Below are positions 1 to 13,182 of a DNA stretch of 64,000 bases, piece by piece (within the stretch, counting starts at the first letter, position 1; every line of letters starts with the position of its first letter). A program made the translations under genes and the position numbers. Origin of the DNA: Malacoraja senta (lineage: Eukaryota); contig CM075996.1 of NCBI GenBank assembly GCA_038087875.1, positions 64,001 through 128,000 on the forward strand. Reading direction: 5' to 3'. The notes under the pieces were generated by a model. It worked only from the letters and a program-made list of their open reading frames with translations, was not told the origin of the DNA and did not search any database.

Positions 1-322
1 GGGAACGTGGTTATTAAGTTGTTGGGCGTATCAAAAGGCCAGACTATTGATATTAGATTCAGGATTTTGAATCCCCCCCTCCTCCCACATGAGATGAGAA
101 ATATTAATTTAATTAAACAAAATCTGCATTAAATTTCCAGAAATTCATGAAAAAATGCAGCTTGGTGTAAAAGCACAGTAATGTGAGCAGAGTGGCGTGC
201 AGTATACACGTGTGGCCACAAAGAAGATCAATGTATAAACAAGGAACTGCAGATGCTTGTTTGCCTAAAAAGAAACATAGTGCTAGAGTCACTCAGCGGG
301 CCAGGCAGCATTTCTGGAGAAC

Positions 323-992
323 ATGCAGGTACATCAGGCAGTGAAGAAAGCGAATGGCATGTTGGCCTTCATAACAAGAGGAATCGAATATAGCAGCAAA
401 GAGGTCCTTCTGCAGTTGTACAGGGCCCTAGTGAGACCACACCTGCAGGATTGTGTGCAGTTTTGGTCCCCTAATTTGAGGAAGGACATTCTTGCTATTG
501 AGGGAGTGCAGCGTAGGTTTACAAGGTTAATTCCCGGGATGGCGGGACTGTCATATGCTGAGAGAATGGAGCAGCTGGGCTTGTACACTGGAGTTTAGAA
601 GGATGAGAGGGAATCTCATTGAAACATATAAGATTGTTAAGGGCTTGGACACGCTAGAGGCAGGAAACATGTTCCCGATGTTGGGGGTGTCCAGAACGAG
701 GGGCCAGTTTAAGAATAAGGAGTAAGCCATTTAGAACGGAGACGAGGAAACACTTTTTCTCACAGAGAGTGGTGAGTCTGTGGAATTCTCTGCCTCAGAG
801 GACGGTGGAGGCAGGTTCTCTGGATGCTTTCAAGAGAGAGCTAGATAGGGCTCTTAAAAATAGAGGAGTCAGGGGATATGGGGAGAAGGCAGGAACGGGG
901 ATAGTGATTGGGGATGATCAGCCATGATCACGTTGAATGGCGGTGCTGGCTCGAAGGGCCGAATGGCCTATTCCTGCACCTATTGTCTATTG
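323..992 (+). mobile_element. CR1-clade LINE 3' fragment (HER1-like)
   Basis: QAVKKANGMLAFI...LLQLYRALVRPHL..CVQFWSP...IEGVQRRFTRLIPG is the CR1 ORF2 C-terminus. 3'UTR ends CCTATTGTCTATTG. Inserted inside a PLE-terminus repeat (240-322 / 993-1023). Confidence 0.9.
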
Positions 993-1654
993 TGGCGCTT
1001 CAGATTAGGACCCTTAAGACTGATTATGTTGGGGCTGGAGGGGGAAGAGTGGATAGACAGGACAAAGCCTGGGAAATGATAGGTGGAAACAGATGAAGAT
1101 GATCGGGGGGAGGGGGGAGGGGTTGTAGGTAGATGGTTGCACGAAGACTAGAGATGAAAAGATATGAGATTGGCCTCACTTCCCTGGTTGTCAACTTTAT
1201 GCATTTACAACCAAACTCTACAACCCAGTTTACTTTCTATTCATGACCTTGCTAACTTGTAAAAGGAGGCCACTCAACTCATAGATTATGCTAGCACTCC
1301 CTATGCTGGCAATCCCATTCCTCCACATTTCCCTGTAACCATTTGTATCTCACAGGCCCATCAATTCCATCCGATTGTCACTCCACCCACCTACAAGTTA
1401 CAGCGGGCAATTAAATCATCAACCCACACACTTTTGGGATGTGGGAGGAAATCAGAGCAACTGGAGGATTCATGCAGATAGAATGTGCAAACTTCACACA
1501 TGCAACAGCCGGGGTCAGGATTGTATGAAGGTCGCTGAAGCAGTGAGTCAGTTTCACCACTGCTGCACCACTGAACATCTTCAGACTTCAAAATGTCCTT
1601 ATGCGAATCAGAACGGGCGGGGTGGTCGTTGTGTCGGTTGGTACGATCGCATTC

Positions 1655-2200
1655 TAGGTGGAAATATCAAAGAATGATGTGGTGCATGTGAAGGCTGAGC
1701 ACCAAGAGGACACTCCCTCTATTCTGTCTAGGAGAGGTGAGGTGAAAGCAAATATGGGATGTGAGCAAGGGCTCCAGCAATCACAGTGACGGAGGGGATG
1801 GGGGAAGCCCTGTTTCCTAGAGAAGGAGGACATCTCTAATGTCCTGGAAGGTCTCATCTGATGCGGCGGAAGCGGTGAAACCGAGGGAAAGGGGTGGCAT
1901 TCTTACAAGGGACAAGGTGGGGGATGTATAGTTCAGGTGGCTGTGGGAGTCCTTGGGTTTGTAGTAGATATCAGTGGATAGTTTGTCTCCCAAGATGGAG
2001 ACTGAGAGATGATGAAATGAGAGATGATGCACCTATTTTCTATGTTTCTGCACCTATTTTCTATGTTTCTGCACCTATTTTCTATGTTTCTGCACCTATT
2101 TTCTATGTTTCTATGAAAGGGGGGGGGGGGGGAAGAGGTGTCAGAAATGGTCCATGAATTTGAGGGCAGGGTGGACATTGATGAAATCGATGAGTTCAAC
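1655..2200 (-). mobile_element. Degraded PLE reverse-transcriptase fragment
   Basis: Minus-strand peptides WTISDTS, LSVSILGDKLSTDIYYKPKDSHSHLNYTS and EMSSFSRKQGFP match the 27.4-kb PLE. Confidence 0.8.
2028..2111 (+). repeat. 4 x 21-bp perfect tandem of the CR1 extreme 3' end
   Basis: (TGCACCTATTTTCTATGTTTC)x4; the unit is identical to 42699-42719. Confidence 0.95.
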
Positions 2201-2334
2201 CAGGTAGGGGGGTCAGTCTGCCAAACCGTGATGGCACTGCCCTAGTCTGTAGGTTAGATAATGAGGTTGGGATTGGCACAGAGTGAGTGGAGGGCAGTGC
2301 CATCCGTGTGGGTGAGGTTGGAGTTGGTGAGGGA

Positions 2335-2747
2335 AGTACAAACTCATCAGGAAGGCTGGCTCCATCCTGGGGGCGGAGTTGGATTCATGGGAGGTGGTCT
2401 TGGAGGGAGGATGCTCCTCAAACTGCGGAGCATCCTGGATAATCCAGCTCACCCCCTCCATGACACGCACTGGTCAACCTGAGGAGCACCTTCAGCAACA
2501 GACTGGTTCCACCAAGATGCAGCACAGAACGCCACAGGAGATCCTTCTTCCCTGGGGCTATCAAACTGTACAACTCCTCCCCCTTCTGTCGTGGGGTAGA
2601 CTGACTCCTCCCCCCACCCCCCAATCTTTGCACATCCCCAATCCTTTCCACTCGTCACTTTAATTTCATGTTTCATGTATTTTATGTTTTATAACTGTCA
2701 TCAGATCAATTTCCCTCCCGGGATAAATAAAGTTCTATTGTATCGTA
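2335..2747 (+). mobile_element. Rex1/Babar LINE 3' fragment
   Basis: KLIRKAGSILG..RMLLKLRSILDNPAHPLHDT..RCSTERHRRSFFP.AIKLYNS across frameshifts; tail GGGATAAATAAAGTTCTATTGTATCGTA. Confidence 0.75.
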
Positions 2748-2804
2748 AATGGAGAAGTCAATACATCAGACTGGTATGTTGTGATCTGTGCTATCAACTC
2801 ATCA

Positions 2805-3110
2805 GGCGGCATGGTGGTGCAGTGATAGAGTTGCTGCCTTACGCGCCAGGGACCCGGGTTCGATCCTGATTACGGGTGTTGTCTGTACGGAGTTTGTACG
2901 TCCTCCCTTTGACCGCTTGGATTTTTCTGAGTGCTCTGGTTTCCTCCCACATCCTAAAGAAGTGCAGGTTTGTAGATTCTTCAATTGACTTCTGTAAATT
3001 GTAAATTGTCCTTAGTGTGTAGGATAGTGCTAGTGTACGGGGTGATCACTGGTTGATGCGAACTCGGTGGGCCGAAGGGCCAGTTTACATTCTGTACATT
3101 ACAGCCTAAA
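2805..3110 (+). mobile_element. tRNA-derived V-SINE (HE1-like)
   Basis: A/B-box head (TGGTGCAGTG..GGGTTCGATCC), V-domain-like GGAGTTTGTACGT..GGTTTCCTCCCAC and CR1-like tail (ACTCGGTGGGCCGAAGGGCC). Confidence 0.8.
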
Positions 3111-4361
3111 GTCCATTTTGTTGTAAATGCTATATGTATTTAAATAAATAACAATAGGTTTTGTATTTTTACAGCATGTTTAAGGTTATAGAAAGTGGGA
3201 GGGGTAAAGACAGCAAAGGGCAGCGATCAGGTGAGAACATTGCTTTTGGTACCATGCAAGAATGTGAAATGAAAGCTTGTTGATCGTAGCTGGAGTGTTT
3301 GTGGATGTAATTAGGAGCAGATGGATGAGGTTGGGAGAGAAAAAGTCATGCTGGAACTGTAAATCTGTAAAAAGGAGCTTGCTGGAAACACTCGGCAGGA
3401 CCGGCAGTGTATGTGGAGAGAGAAAAGCTGGGTTCAAGCTGGGTTAATAGCATCAAAACTGGCCTGTTCTGACGCAAACTGGAAACGTTGGTTATCAGGA
3501 AACTGTTGCTCTCGGCACTGCTTTGAAGAGAGATGGGGAAGGTCTCCCCTAAGCCATTGTTGATGTATTCAGACCAGTTACTGTATTTCCTGCAGATCAG
3601 AATATCTTTCAGCTCTGTTCACAAGCTCTTCACCCATTCTGAAGAAATGTCCCGACTTGAAACGTCACCTATTCCTTTTCTAACCCGCCGAGTTACTCCA
3701 GCATTTGCGTCTATCTGTGGTATATGCCAGCATCTGCAGTTCTTTGTCTTTACGTCTTCGAGTAAAACAGTTTTGGTTTGAAGGTAAGCAAACACTTGAG
3801 CCCTTCCAGTGTGTGGTGAAGACACGCCCATGATCTGGTGACAATGAGAGCAATGCTGTTCTCTTGTTGGAACCTCCCCCACCCACAATCTCGAAGGGAA
3901 GGAAAATACAGATTCTGTAAATACATCATAAAAAAAGAAAACACGTGGCTCCAGACACCACCCTCCCAATTTATATCTTCTCCGGCCTCACAACCCCTTG
4001 AGAAATCTATGTTTCTTTAAGTCTGATCCCCGCACATCTTGATTTGCACTAGACCGCCATCAGTGTACACGCATTCCTTCAGCAAGAACCCAAAGTTTCC
4101 AGTTCCCCACACTACCTTCCCCTCCATGGCTTTGTAAGTGATCACTTTAGCAAGGTCTGGTCACCACTGCCAACGCCTCTATATGGGATTGTTAAATCTA
4201 TCTATAAATATTTAGTTTAGTTTATTGTCACGTGTACTGAGGTACAGTGAAAAGCTTTTGTTGCTCGCTAACCAGTCAGCGAAAAGACAAAACATGATTA
4301 CAATCAAACCATTTACAGTGTATAGATACATGATAAGGGAATAACGTTTAAGGCAAGGTAA

Positions 4362-4586
4362 AGGGCCTGTCCCACTTTCACGACCTAATTCACGACCTTT
4401 TTTACTCGTGGACATTTTTCATCAGGCTAGAAATACTTGATGCCACGAGTACCTACGACTAGCATCACGGCCCGCTGCGACCTACCTACAACCTCCTACA
4501 ACCTCGTGATGACCATGCTGCGAGTATGAGTCAAGGGCAAACTCGGCAGAGGTCGTGAATTAGGTCGTGAAAGTGGGACAGGCCTT
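4362..4586. mobile_element. PIF/Harbinger-type MITE
   Basis: TIR AGGGCCTGTCCCACTTTCACGACCTAATTCACGACC (~36 bp, near-perfect); TAA TSD (4359-4361 / 4587-4589). Inserted in a Rex1 tail. Confidence 0.85.
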
Positions 4587-6707
4587 TAAAGCTAGTAAAG
4601 ATAGCCCAAGGGTCACCAATGAGGTAGACAGGAGCAAAAGGATAGTAGTAAATATGAGCAAAAGGAATGGTTTGACTTGCATTGTAACCTTTAAATCACA
4701 TTGTCAAGCCCCTCCCAAACCCACAACACTCGAAAGACAAGGACAACAGAATTTTGAGAACATAATCACCTCTCAACTGCTCAGTTGGGTTTATTTGGCG
4801 ACTGTGTGTCTCTCTTTCTTTATCATTGCTGGATCCAGTCTAGAGTGTTTTATTGCCATATGTTCCAAACGGAACATTCTTCCTTGCAGCAGCACAACAC
4901 AATATGTAAGCATAGTACTCTGTAAACAATATAATCAATGAAAAAACTATTCAACAATATAATAAATGGAAAAAAAAATGAATAATGTCCCCTAGTCTTT
5001 GTAGTTCAGAGCTTATCTGGAGGCTGTAGTGTTTAATAGCCCGTTGGCTCCCAGAACTCCAAAAACAACAGCAACATCAACTTATAGAAACAAGGAACTG
5101 CAGGTGCTGGTTTACCAAAAAAGATACAAAGTGTTGGAGTGGTTCCGTGGATCAGGAGCCTTTTGCAGGCTGATGGAACATCATCTTAATCAGAAAGTGG
5201 ATCAAGAAGGCAGCTCCCCACCACTTCCTCGGGAGTAATTAAGGATCCTATGAAGGAATGTTAAAAGAAAAGGGAATTGGGTGATCAAATTCCAGCCAGG
5301 AGTGGGTTTCAGTGACTGGGAGAATGAGTGTCAGATTTACTGGGTGTCAGCTCCCTCTGGTGGACCAGGCATCACTCTACAACAGTGGATTTGTTTCAAA
5401 GGAGGTGAAGCAATTTCAGAAACATTTTACGTTGCAGTCATCTCTTCACACAGGTACAGATTCTGCAAGCATTTGGGACGTGAACCAAAAATGGGACGTG
5501 AGCCTCAAATTGGACAGAAACTGGAAATAAAAGCTTTTTATATAAAAGTATTAGAAAAGGCTGGAAGATCATGAGAGCGTTTGAGAAAATTGTGGCTTAA
5601 TCCAAGATCGGGATGGATGTTAAGGCGGATAAAATAGATTTGACAGAAGAATTGTCTATTTCCACAGTGTGCTGTGAATGTGCGACACCACTCCCAGAGG
5701 GAGTGTGAGGACAAATAGCATGATGGATTTAAGCAGAAAACCTTTCCCCAGTACAATGGTGACTAGATTTCAGAAGTACCTCATTAGCTGTCGAGGACTT
5801 TATACAGCATGATATGAAGCTTTAAAGTGCTGTATAAATTATTGTGTATTCTACAAGTCCTGCTGAGGAGGTGCGTGCTGGCTGAATGGCCTGATTGTGT
5901 GCTGTAAATCAAATTCATTAGCATCTCATTACGAGACGTCTTGGCAAGTGAGAAAGTATTTCTTTTTAATCGTTATTTTAAAGGGACTTCAAGAATTTTT
6001 GATGCCAAGTTTCCATTTAGGAATATTGGGTGAAGTCACTCAACAATAGGTGCTGCATTGTCCGAGGTGCCACGAGCTGAGACGTCTGAGCAAGTCGACT
6101 TGTTCAGGACTGTACCACGGGGACTGTGGTGAAACGTGTAGAACAGGGAGTTCTCCCAGTGTCCAGGCCAACATTCCTTCTTCAGTTAACACCACCAGAA
6201 ATAGATGCACTAGTATTTACCTCATCCGTTGAAAGCTGTCCAATTGAGAACTTTTAGACCAGGGCCAAAATATTTGCAATCGATTGCTTCAAGTTGGACT
6301 CAAATATGAAAATAGATTCTGAAATAAATTTGATTGATATAAAAGGAAAACATTGGCCACACTTTCCCACCCTTCATCCTGCAATCTACACTATCACCTG
6401 GTGATTATTGCATTGCTGTTTGTGGGAGCTTGTTCCATCTTGAGAGGGATGTGAAAGGTGATATAGGAAATCAACTTCACTTTTGATGGCATTAATCCGA
6501 CTGAACAATCTCTTTCACTTAATGGATGAATAGAACAAAATGCAGAAGGTTGGCTTTACTTGAGACAACCTGGAAAAATATTTTGAAGAAAGAATAGACT
6601 AAAAGACATAGTGGACGGGGTTCAGGTGGGTTTCCAAAATCGAAGGCACAGTAAAAGACATGAAAGAATATACAGTAGGACTACGATAATCTGGTATGCG
6701 GTTGTTC

Positions 6708-7063
6708 AGTGGGCGGCGCAGCGCCAGAGACCCGGGTTCGATCCTAACTACGGGTGCTGTCTGTACAGAGTTTTTGTACGTTCTCCCCATGACCTGTATG
6801 GGTTTTTGCCAGGAGCTCCGGTTTCCTCTCACACTCCAAAGACGTACAGGTTTGTAGGGTAATTGGCTTGTTAACCTTGATAGGTTGCAGTTGTGCCTAT
6901 ATTGGAGCAGTTATTATTCACAATATATAGGATTCATCTGGGAAGAATCAAATTGAGGGGTAAATTGTCCCTAGTGTGTTATAGTGTGTGGGGACCGTTG
7001 GTCGGCACAGACTCGGTGGGCCGAAGGGCCTGTTTCCACACTGTATCTCTAAACTAAACTAAA
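6708..7063 (+). mobile_element. V-SINE (HE1-like)
   Basis: Same consensus, tail CTCTAAACTAAACTAAA. Other copies at ~1262-1572(-), 10250-10510(-), 12050-12360(+), 16590-16905(+), 29170-29375(-), 53240-53550(+) and 58430-58580/59530-59620(-). Confidence 0.8.
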
Positions 7064-7490
7064 TCCTGATGGTCTGATGTGTCTGCCGGGGGTCCAGAGT
7101 GCGAACAAGGTCTGGGGAAAGAGCCAGGGCAGCCGGGGGTGGGTCAGGAAGATGGGCATGTTTGTGGCCAGTGCTGGCAAGAGGAGTGTTTGTACATTTC
7201 CCATTCCCTTTAAACCCACTGCAAAATGTATTATTCTGCAATTATTGTACTACTGATTACAATTAAAACACAAAGTACTTGTGCTATAACTCTAGGATAA
7301 GCGCTCAACTAAGAAAACCAAGCCCAAAACCAAAGTGTTATCTAAGTAAATACACCAACTTACAATAAATGACTCCATAAAAAACCCCACAGCTACCTAC
7401 ATAATTATTAGCTCTTTAAAAAAAAAAAGAATCCTGTAGATGCAAGTATATCATTGGTGTTATCAAGTGGGCTCCTCACTTCATTGGTGT

Positions 7491-7544
7491 TTCGTTGAGT
7501 TAGGCCCACAACACCTCATACAGTTGTGGGCCTAACTCAACGAA
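7491..7544. repeat. Perfect 22-bp inverted repeat with 10-nt loop
   Basis: TTCGTTGAGTTAGGCCCACAAC-acctcataca-GTTGTGGGCCTAACTCAACGAA. Confidence 0.95.
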
Positions 7545-9654
7545 GGCTCAACAATTGGTTCTGGCGTACTCCACAATACCAGCTCTCACCATCTAGGTGA
7601 CCAGTATACTAAGTAAAGGAAGCTGCAGCCAATTGTTACCTCACAATATTGTTACTCACTCTAACAAACACCTGCATCCTATCTTCCACTAATCCTAGCC
7701 CATCACGTATGAATTGGAGTAATATCCAGTTGTCCAGAAACATCTGCTGGTCCAGCACTGCCAAAGTACAAGGGTGCTGGATTATCAGATTTTTATTGTA
7801 TTTACAAGTAGAAGGGGGGAAAAGGTAACCCTTTGTGAGAGGTTATAGTTATATTGGAGCAGTTCTTATTCACAATACATAGAATTAATCTGCGAACAGG
7901 ATCAAGATCTCCTGTGGAATCAAATTCCAAACTATAAAAAAGCTACTGGGGTGGAAGTTGGGCAAATTAGTGGCGAGTGCAGTTCTGTACGGAGAAGTAT
8001 TTAATACTATGATTTGACTGAAGAACCATGTGCATTTCCTAAATACTACGGTATTAAATGGACAGAATGAAAAAGGGACACAATCGAAGGCCATCACATA
8101 GAAAAAAAGACTTTTCAATTGAGTCTCTGGAGTCTCTGGTCCACATAACCCAAATCATAATATGAGGAGGTAGACAAAAATGCTGGAGAAACTCAGCGGG
8201 TGAGGCAGCATCTATGGAGCGAAGGAAATAGGAAATAGGAAATAATATGAGGAGGTAGTGAAGGATTTTGCAGGATGTTAGGGATATAAAGAGACATTAT
8301 ATTATGGGGTCTGCCAGAGGAGGTGGTCGATGCAGGTTTTAATACAATATTTTAAATAGGAACATGGATAGGAAATGTTGACAGGGTTATGGACCAAATG
8401 CAGGCAAATAGGATTAGTGTAGGTAGGCATCTTGGTTGCCACGGACAAGGTGGGCCAAAGGGGTCTGTGTTGTATAACTCTCTGAATCTATTGTAGGATT
8501 AAAAACAAGCAGAGTTGAAAGATCAATTCATGCAGATGTTACCAGGAGGGGCGAAGTTAAAAAGAAGCTGGAGTATTATTGTAGAAGGTTGTAGGAAGGT
8601 TTGATGGGGGGGGGGGATGGAGAAACTTCCCAATTGAGAGAAGGTTAATAGCGAGCGGATCCCTTGTACAGTGTGATGGTAATGGGAGAATACTGTTGGG
8701 CTCTAGAATCATTCCGTGAGATTGGATAAGCATGTTGTGGGCAGCAAGTAAACTGATTGGGGAATAACTTCACCAGAATGTAAATTAACAGAATGAGCAG
8801 TGGCAAGATACTCAATAACAAATTTTAAAAGGCAATTGCATGAAAACTTCAATAGGAAAACAATTATATTATGACATGGAAAGAATAAAGAGAGTGGGTT
8901 TAATTGAATGATTCTATTCATGGGGTAACAGGACACCCTGGGTCACAAGATCTCCTCTACCTTCAGGTTCCATTGATTGTTGCTTGAAAATAAGTGGTCT
9001 ACGGATGTTCACAAACTACAAGAGTGAGGGACAGGAGGAGGGCTAGCCCTGGCAGGGTGGTTTAAAGGGCGTGGAATTAAACTGCTAGGATATTTAAAGG
9101 GTGCAGTGATTGAAGGGAGAGTGGGATTAAATTGATGGGATATTTACAGCGTGAGGCAAGAGTTGAGTTTAGTTTATTGTCACGTGTACCGAGGCACAGT
9201 GAAAAGCTGCTAACCAGTCAGCGGAAAGACAGTGCATGATTACAATCGAGCCGTCTACTGTGTACAGATACATGATATAGGGAATAACGTGAATAACGTT
9301 TAATGCAAGATAAAGCCCGCAGGAGTGAGCAAGAGTGTGACATTATTGGATTCTTGTGTGGAATGCTGAATTGGCTGAATGCTGAGTGGCGTGAGTTTTC
9401 GACCAACCTGAAATATGTTAAAATTATTTGAAAATGAATGCTCCTTTAATTCAAATAAAGTGAGACTGCATTTGCACAAATAACTGGTGGATACACACTA
9501 ATGGTGTACAGGGCAAGGAATAACACACATACAATGCACATAGTATACTAGTGATGCAAAGCGCAGACAGTAAGGCATTAATGATGTACAGTGCACCAGG
9601 CGTACATTGATCATGCACAATGCAATGGCGTTACAAGGTGTAATAACAAATAGC

Positions 9655-9820
9655 AAGATGCTGATTTACCAAAGAAATACACAAAATGCTGGAGTAACTC
9701 AGCGGCTCAGGGAGCATCCCCGAAAAATCATGGATAGGTGATGTTTCGGGTCAGGACCCTTCTTCAGACTGACCCGAAATGTCACCTAGGATCCATGTTC
9801 TCCAGAGATGCTGCCTGACT
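9655..9820. mobile_element. PLE-terminus-derived fold-back element
   Basis: Same family consensus, with an inverted partial copy from ~9770. Confidence 0.65.
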
Positions 9821-12131
9821 TTGTGCCTTCCTTCAGTGTTACAGGATGAGCTGTTGTCTTGTCTATTTCTTAATTTGTCTGTGTGGTGAAACGTACTCTG
9901 GAAGTATTTGAGGTCTCGCTGTGGTTGTCTATAATCATTGCGCATTTGCTTTTTGTTGAAATTTGTATTAAAAATACACCATGTTTATTTACTGGTGGCA
10001 GAAGGTGAAGTTTTGTTAACTTGTTCTGCGGAGCCAGTAACCACTCTGATATTTTGGGATGAATTCCATCTGTTACTGCAATACAGCAAAACGTAAGGAG
10101 ATTTCATAAATCAATTAATAAATCCAGGAAAATGTATCAAATGATTCAATGATTTTCTACTTCTGGAATACATGGGGGAAATCAACTATTTTACAGCAAC
10201 AATAATGGGTATTCATATAACATTTTTGATTGCTTTATTGAAATTTGATTGAAAGATACAGCATGTAAACAGGCCCTTCGGCCCACCGAGTCCATCGATC
10301 ACCCGCTCACACTTGGGGCAAGTTACAGAGGCCAATTAACCTACAAACCCGCACCTGCATGGGATGTGGGAGGAAACTGGAGGAAATTAATGTGGTCACA
10401 TGGAGAATGTGCAAACTCCACACATGGACATCACCCGCAGTCCGGATCGGACCTGGGTCTCTGGCGCTGTGAGGCAGCAAGCTCTACAAATTGCATCACT
10501 GTGCCACCCTAAATTTTAATGCCTACATTTTTAATATATCAAAGATGATCTATCAAGGATTTATATCGAAGCTAATTTGCCAAAGTGCCACAGAAGGAAA
10601 AAAAACTGGGACAGAGGAGTAGGCTAAAGGGTAAAGTTTCAAGGACTACCCTCTCTGGAGGAAAGAGGAGTAGAGTTGGAGAGGTTTAGGGGGGAAATTT
10701 CAGAGCTTACGCCCCATCAGTCAAAGGTACGTCCTTCAAACGTGGAGCGATTAAATTCGGAGGTGTCTTAAATGATGTTGAAGGTTCATTGATTATTCTA
10801 GGGCTGGAGGAGCTTGTGGAGGTAGGAAGGAGTAAGGATTGCGAATGATTACAAAGAAAGGATGTGAATTTTTTAAATGGAGGCATTGCTTAACTGGAGC
10901 TAGCAATGGGCCAGCAAGTTTGGTGGGTTAATAAGACTTGTAATTAGGACACAGTTGGTGGATACTTGAAAAGCAGGCCAAGGCTAGGAGTGGGTTGGAA
11001 TAGTTGAGCCTGGAGGTTTAGGTTTATTATTATCACACAAGGTACAGTGAACTAATTTTTGCATGCGATTGCGAACAGATCAGATATACCATTCACGGAT
11101 ACAATCAGTTCAAACTCAAGTACAATTGATAGAGCAAAGAGGAAGGTACAGAGTGCAGAATATTAGATTAGAGACATTTATTGTCTCATACACCAATAGG
11201 TGTAGTGAAAATTCGACTTGCCAATGCAGCACATGAATAAAGATAATACACAACATTAAAGAATTTAACAGAATTTAACAATAAACATAAAAACTTTATG
11301 TTTAAGAAAGAACTGCAGATGCTGGAAAAATCAAAGGTAGACAAAAATGCTGGAGAAACTCAGCGGGAGAGGCAGCATGTTTGGAGCGAAGGAATTGGTG
11401 ATGTTTCGGGTCGAGACCCTTCTTTCTTGATACTTTATTGTCACTTGCACCTAGGTACAGTGAAATTCTTTGTTCTTTGCAAAACACACAAAAGAGTTGC
11501 CACGAAGGTATCGACAAAGTTACAAAAAGTGCTAATTCCTTCTTCGTTATCCCCCCCCCCCCCCCCCCCCCCCAGATCCCCCTTGGTTCTCGGTGCCCCC
11601 CCCCCACCCCACCCACTCTGGGTCCCACTTGTTGTTGGCGGCAGGGCCTGTCCACCACGGCTGACTTCGACCTCGATGCCCCGATCTCAGCCAGACTCTG
11701 ACGTCCTCGGACAATGCTAGTTCTCAGCATGGTGGTAGGGCATCAGTTCCATAGACGAAGTCCTGAATGGGGTTGGGGTGAATCAAGCATACCACAGCTT
11801 ATGGAAGGACCGTTACGAAGCCTGATAATGGAGGGCACCGACCAAGGGTTCATCAGCGAGGATGACCATGCAGAGGAATGGGTAGCTGAGCTGAATTTCA
11901 TGGGTTGCAGTTGAGTTCCCTCTGGCTGAGGTGTTTGTCTTACTTGTGATCATCGTATCATTTGCCAGAGGGGCCTTGGAGTTTTTTTGATATTATTGAT
12001 ATCCATTCTCACGCTAACCTCTCATCAAAACAAACTGCTGTGGTTAAGAGGTACTCCAAAGACATACAGGTTTGTAGGTTAATTGACTTTGAAAAAAATT
12101 GTAAAATTGTCCCTAGTGTTGGGTAGTGTTA

Positions 12132-12286
12132 AGGGCCTGTCCCACTTGGGTGTCATTTGTGCGTCACGCAGATCACTGCCTACGTCACCACGCACCATGC
12201 ACGTGCACGGCACGACGCGTGTGTCGTGATGCCTAAATGATGTCGCGTAAATGACGCGCAAATGACGCCCAAGTGGGACAGGCCCA
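12132..12286. mobile_element. PIF/Harbinger-type MITE
   Basis: TIR AGGGCCTGTCCCACTTGGG.GTCATTTG; TTA TSD (12129-12131 / 12287-12289). Inserted in a V-SINE. Confidence 0.85.
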
Positions 12287-12881
12287 TTACGTGGGGATCG
12301 CTGGTCAGCATGGACTCGGTGGGCCGAAGGGCCTGTTTCCGTGCTGTATCTCTAAAGTAAAAGTAATGGGGTTTTGCATAACTGGTTACAGAGATGTGAC
12401 AGCTCGGGGAGCTTGGGTTATTCTCAGAGCGGAGACGGTGAAAAGGAGATTCGTAGAGGCATTCAAAATCATGAAGCATTTTGGAGGGCCATGTAAGGAT
12501 TTCCCAGTGGAACAGTTCAGTTCAGTTTCATTTATTGCCACGTGCACCGAGGAACAGTGAAAAACTCTTTGTTGAGTGCTAACCAGTCAGCGGAAAGACT
12601 ATGCATGCAGCTTCAATAACTCTGAGTCACCGACTGAAATGATCAACAAGAGAAACAGAAAGACAAAATGGACACAAAATGCCTGAGTCAGGCAGCATCT
12701 CTGGAGGGAATGGACGTTTTGGGTCAGGACCCTTGTTCAGAGAAACAGAAAGGTTGGGGGGGATATACATTTCGCCGAGATTTAGGAAATGCAGCCTGAA
12801 AGGATGGTGGAAGGAGATTTAATAGGAAATTTCTTAAAGAGAACTCAATGTATACTGTAAAATAGAATGTGTAGGAACAAA

Positions 12882-13182
12882 CCAGAACCAGGGGCCACAG
12901 TTTAAGAATAAGGAGTAAGAAATTTAGAATGGAGATGAGGAAACACTTTTTCTCACAGAGAGTTGTGAGTCTGTGGAATTCTCTGCCTCAGAGGGCGGTG
13001 GAGGCCGGTTCTCTGGATACTTTCAAGAGCTAGATAGGGCTCTTAAAGATAGCGGAGTCAGGGGATATGGGGAGAAGGCAGGAACGGGGTACTGATTGGG
13101 GATGATCAGCCATGATCGCATTGAATGGCGGTGCTGGCTTGAAGGGCCAAATGGCCTACTCCTGCACCTATTGTCTATTGTC
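12882..13182 (+). mobile_element. CR1 LINE 3' fragment
   Basis: Same subfamily as 690-992, with CCTATTGTCTATTG tail. Confidence 0.88.

Noticed and set aside
2028..2111. CRISPR-like array
   Set aside because: Direct tandem with no spacers, eukaryotic context, and the unit is a CR1 tail.
2805..2880. tRNA gene
   Set aside because: tRNA-like A/B boxes are the head of a SINE; no full cloverleaf and it continues into the SINE body.
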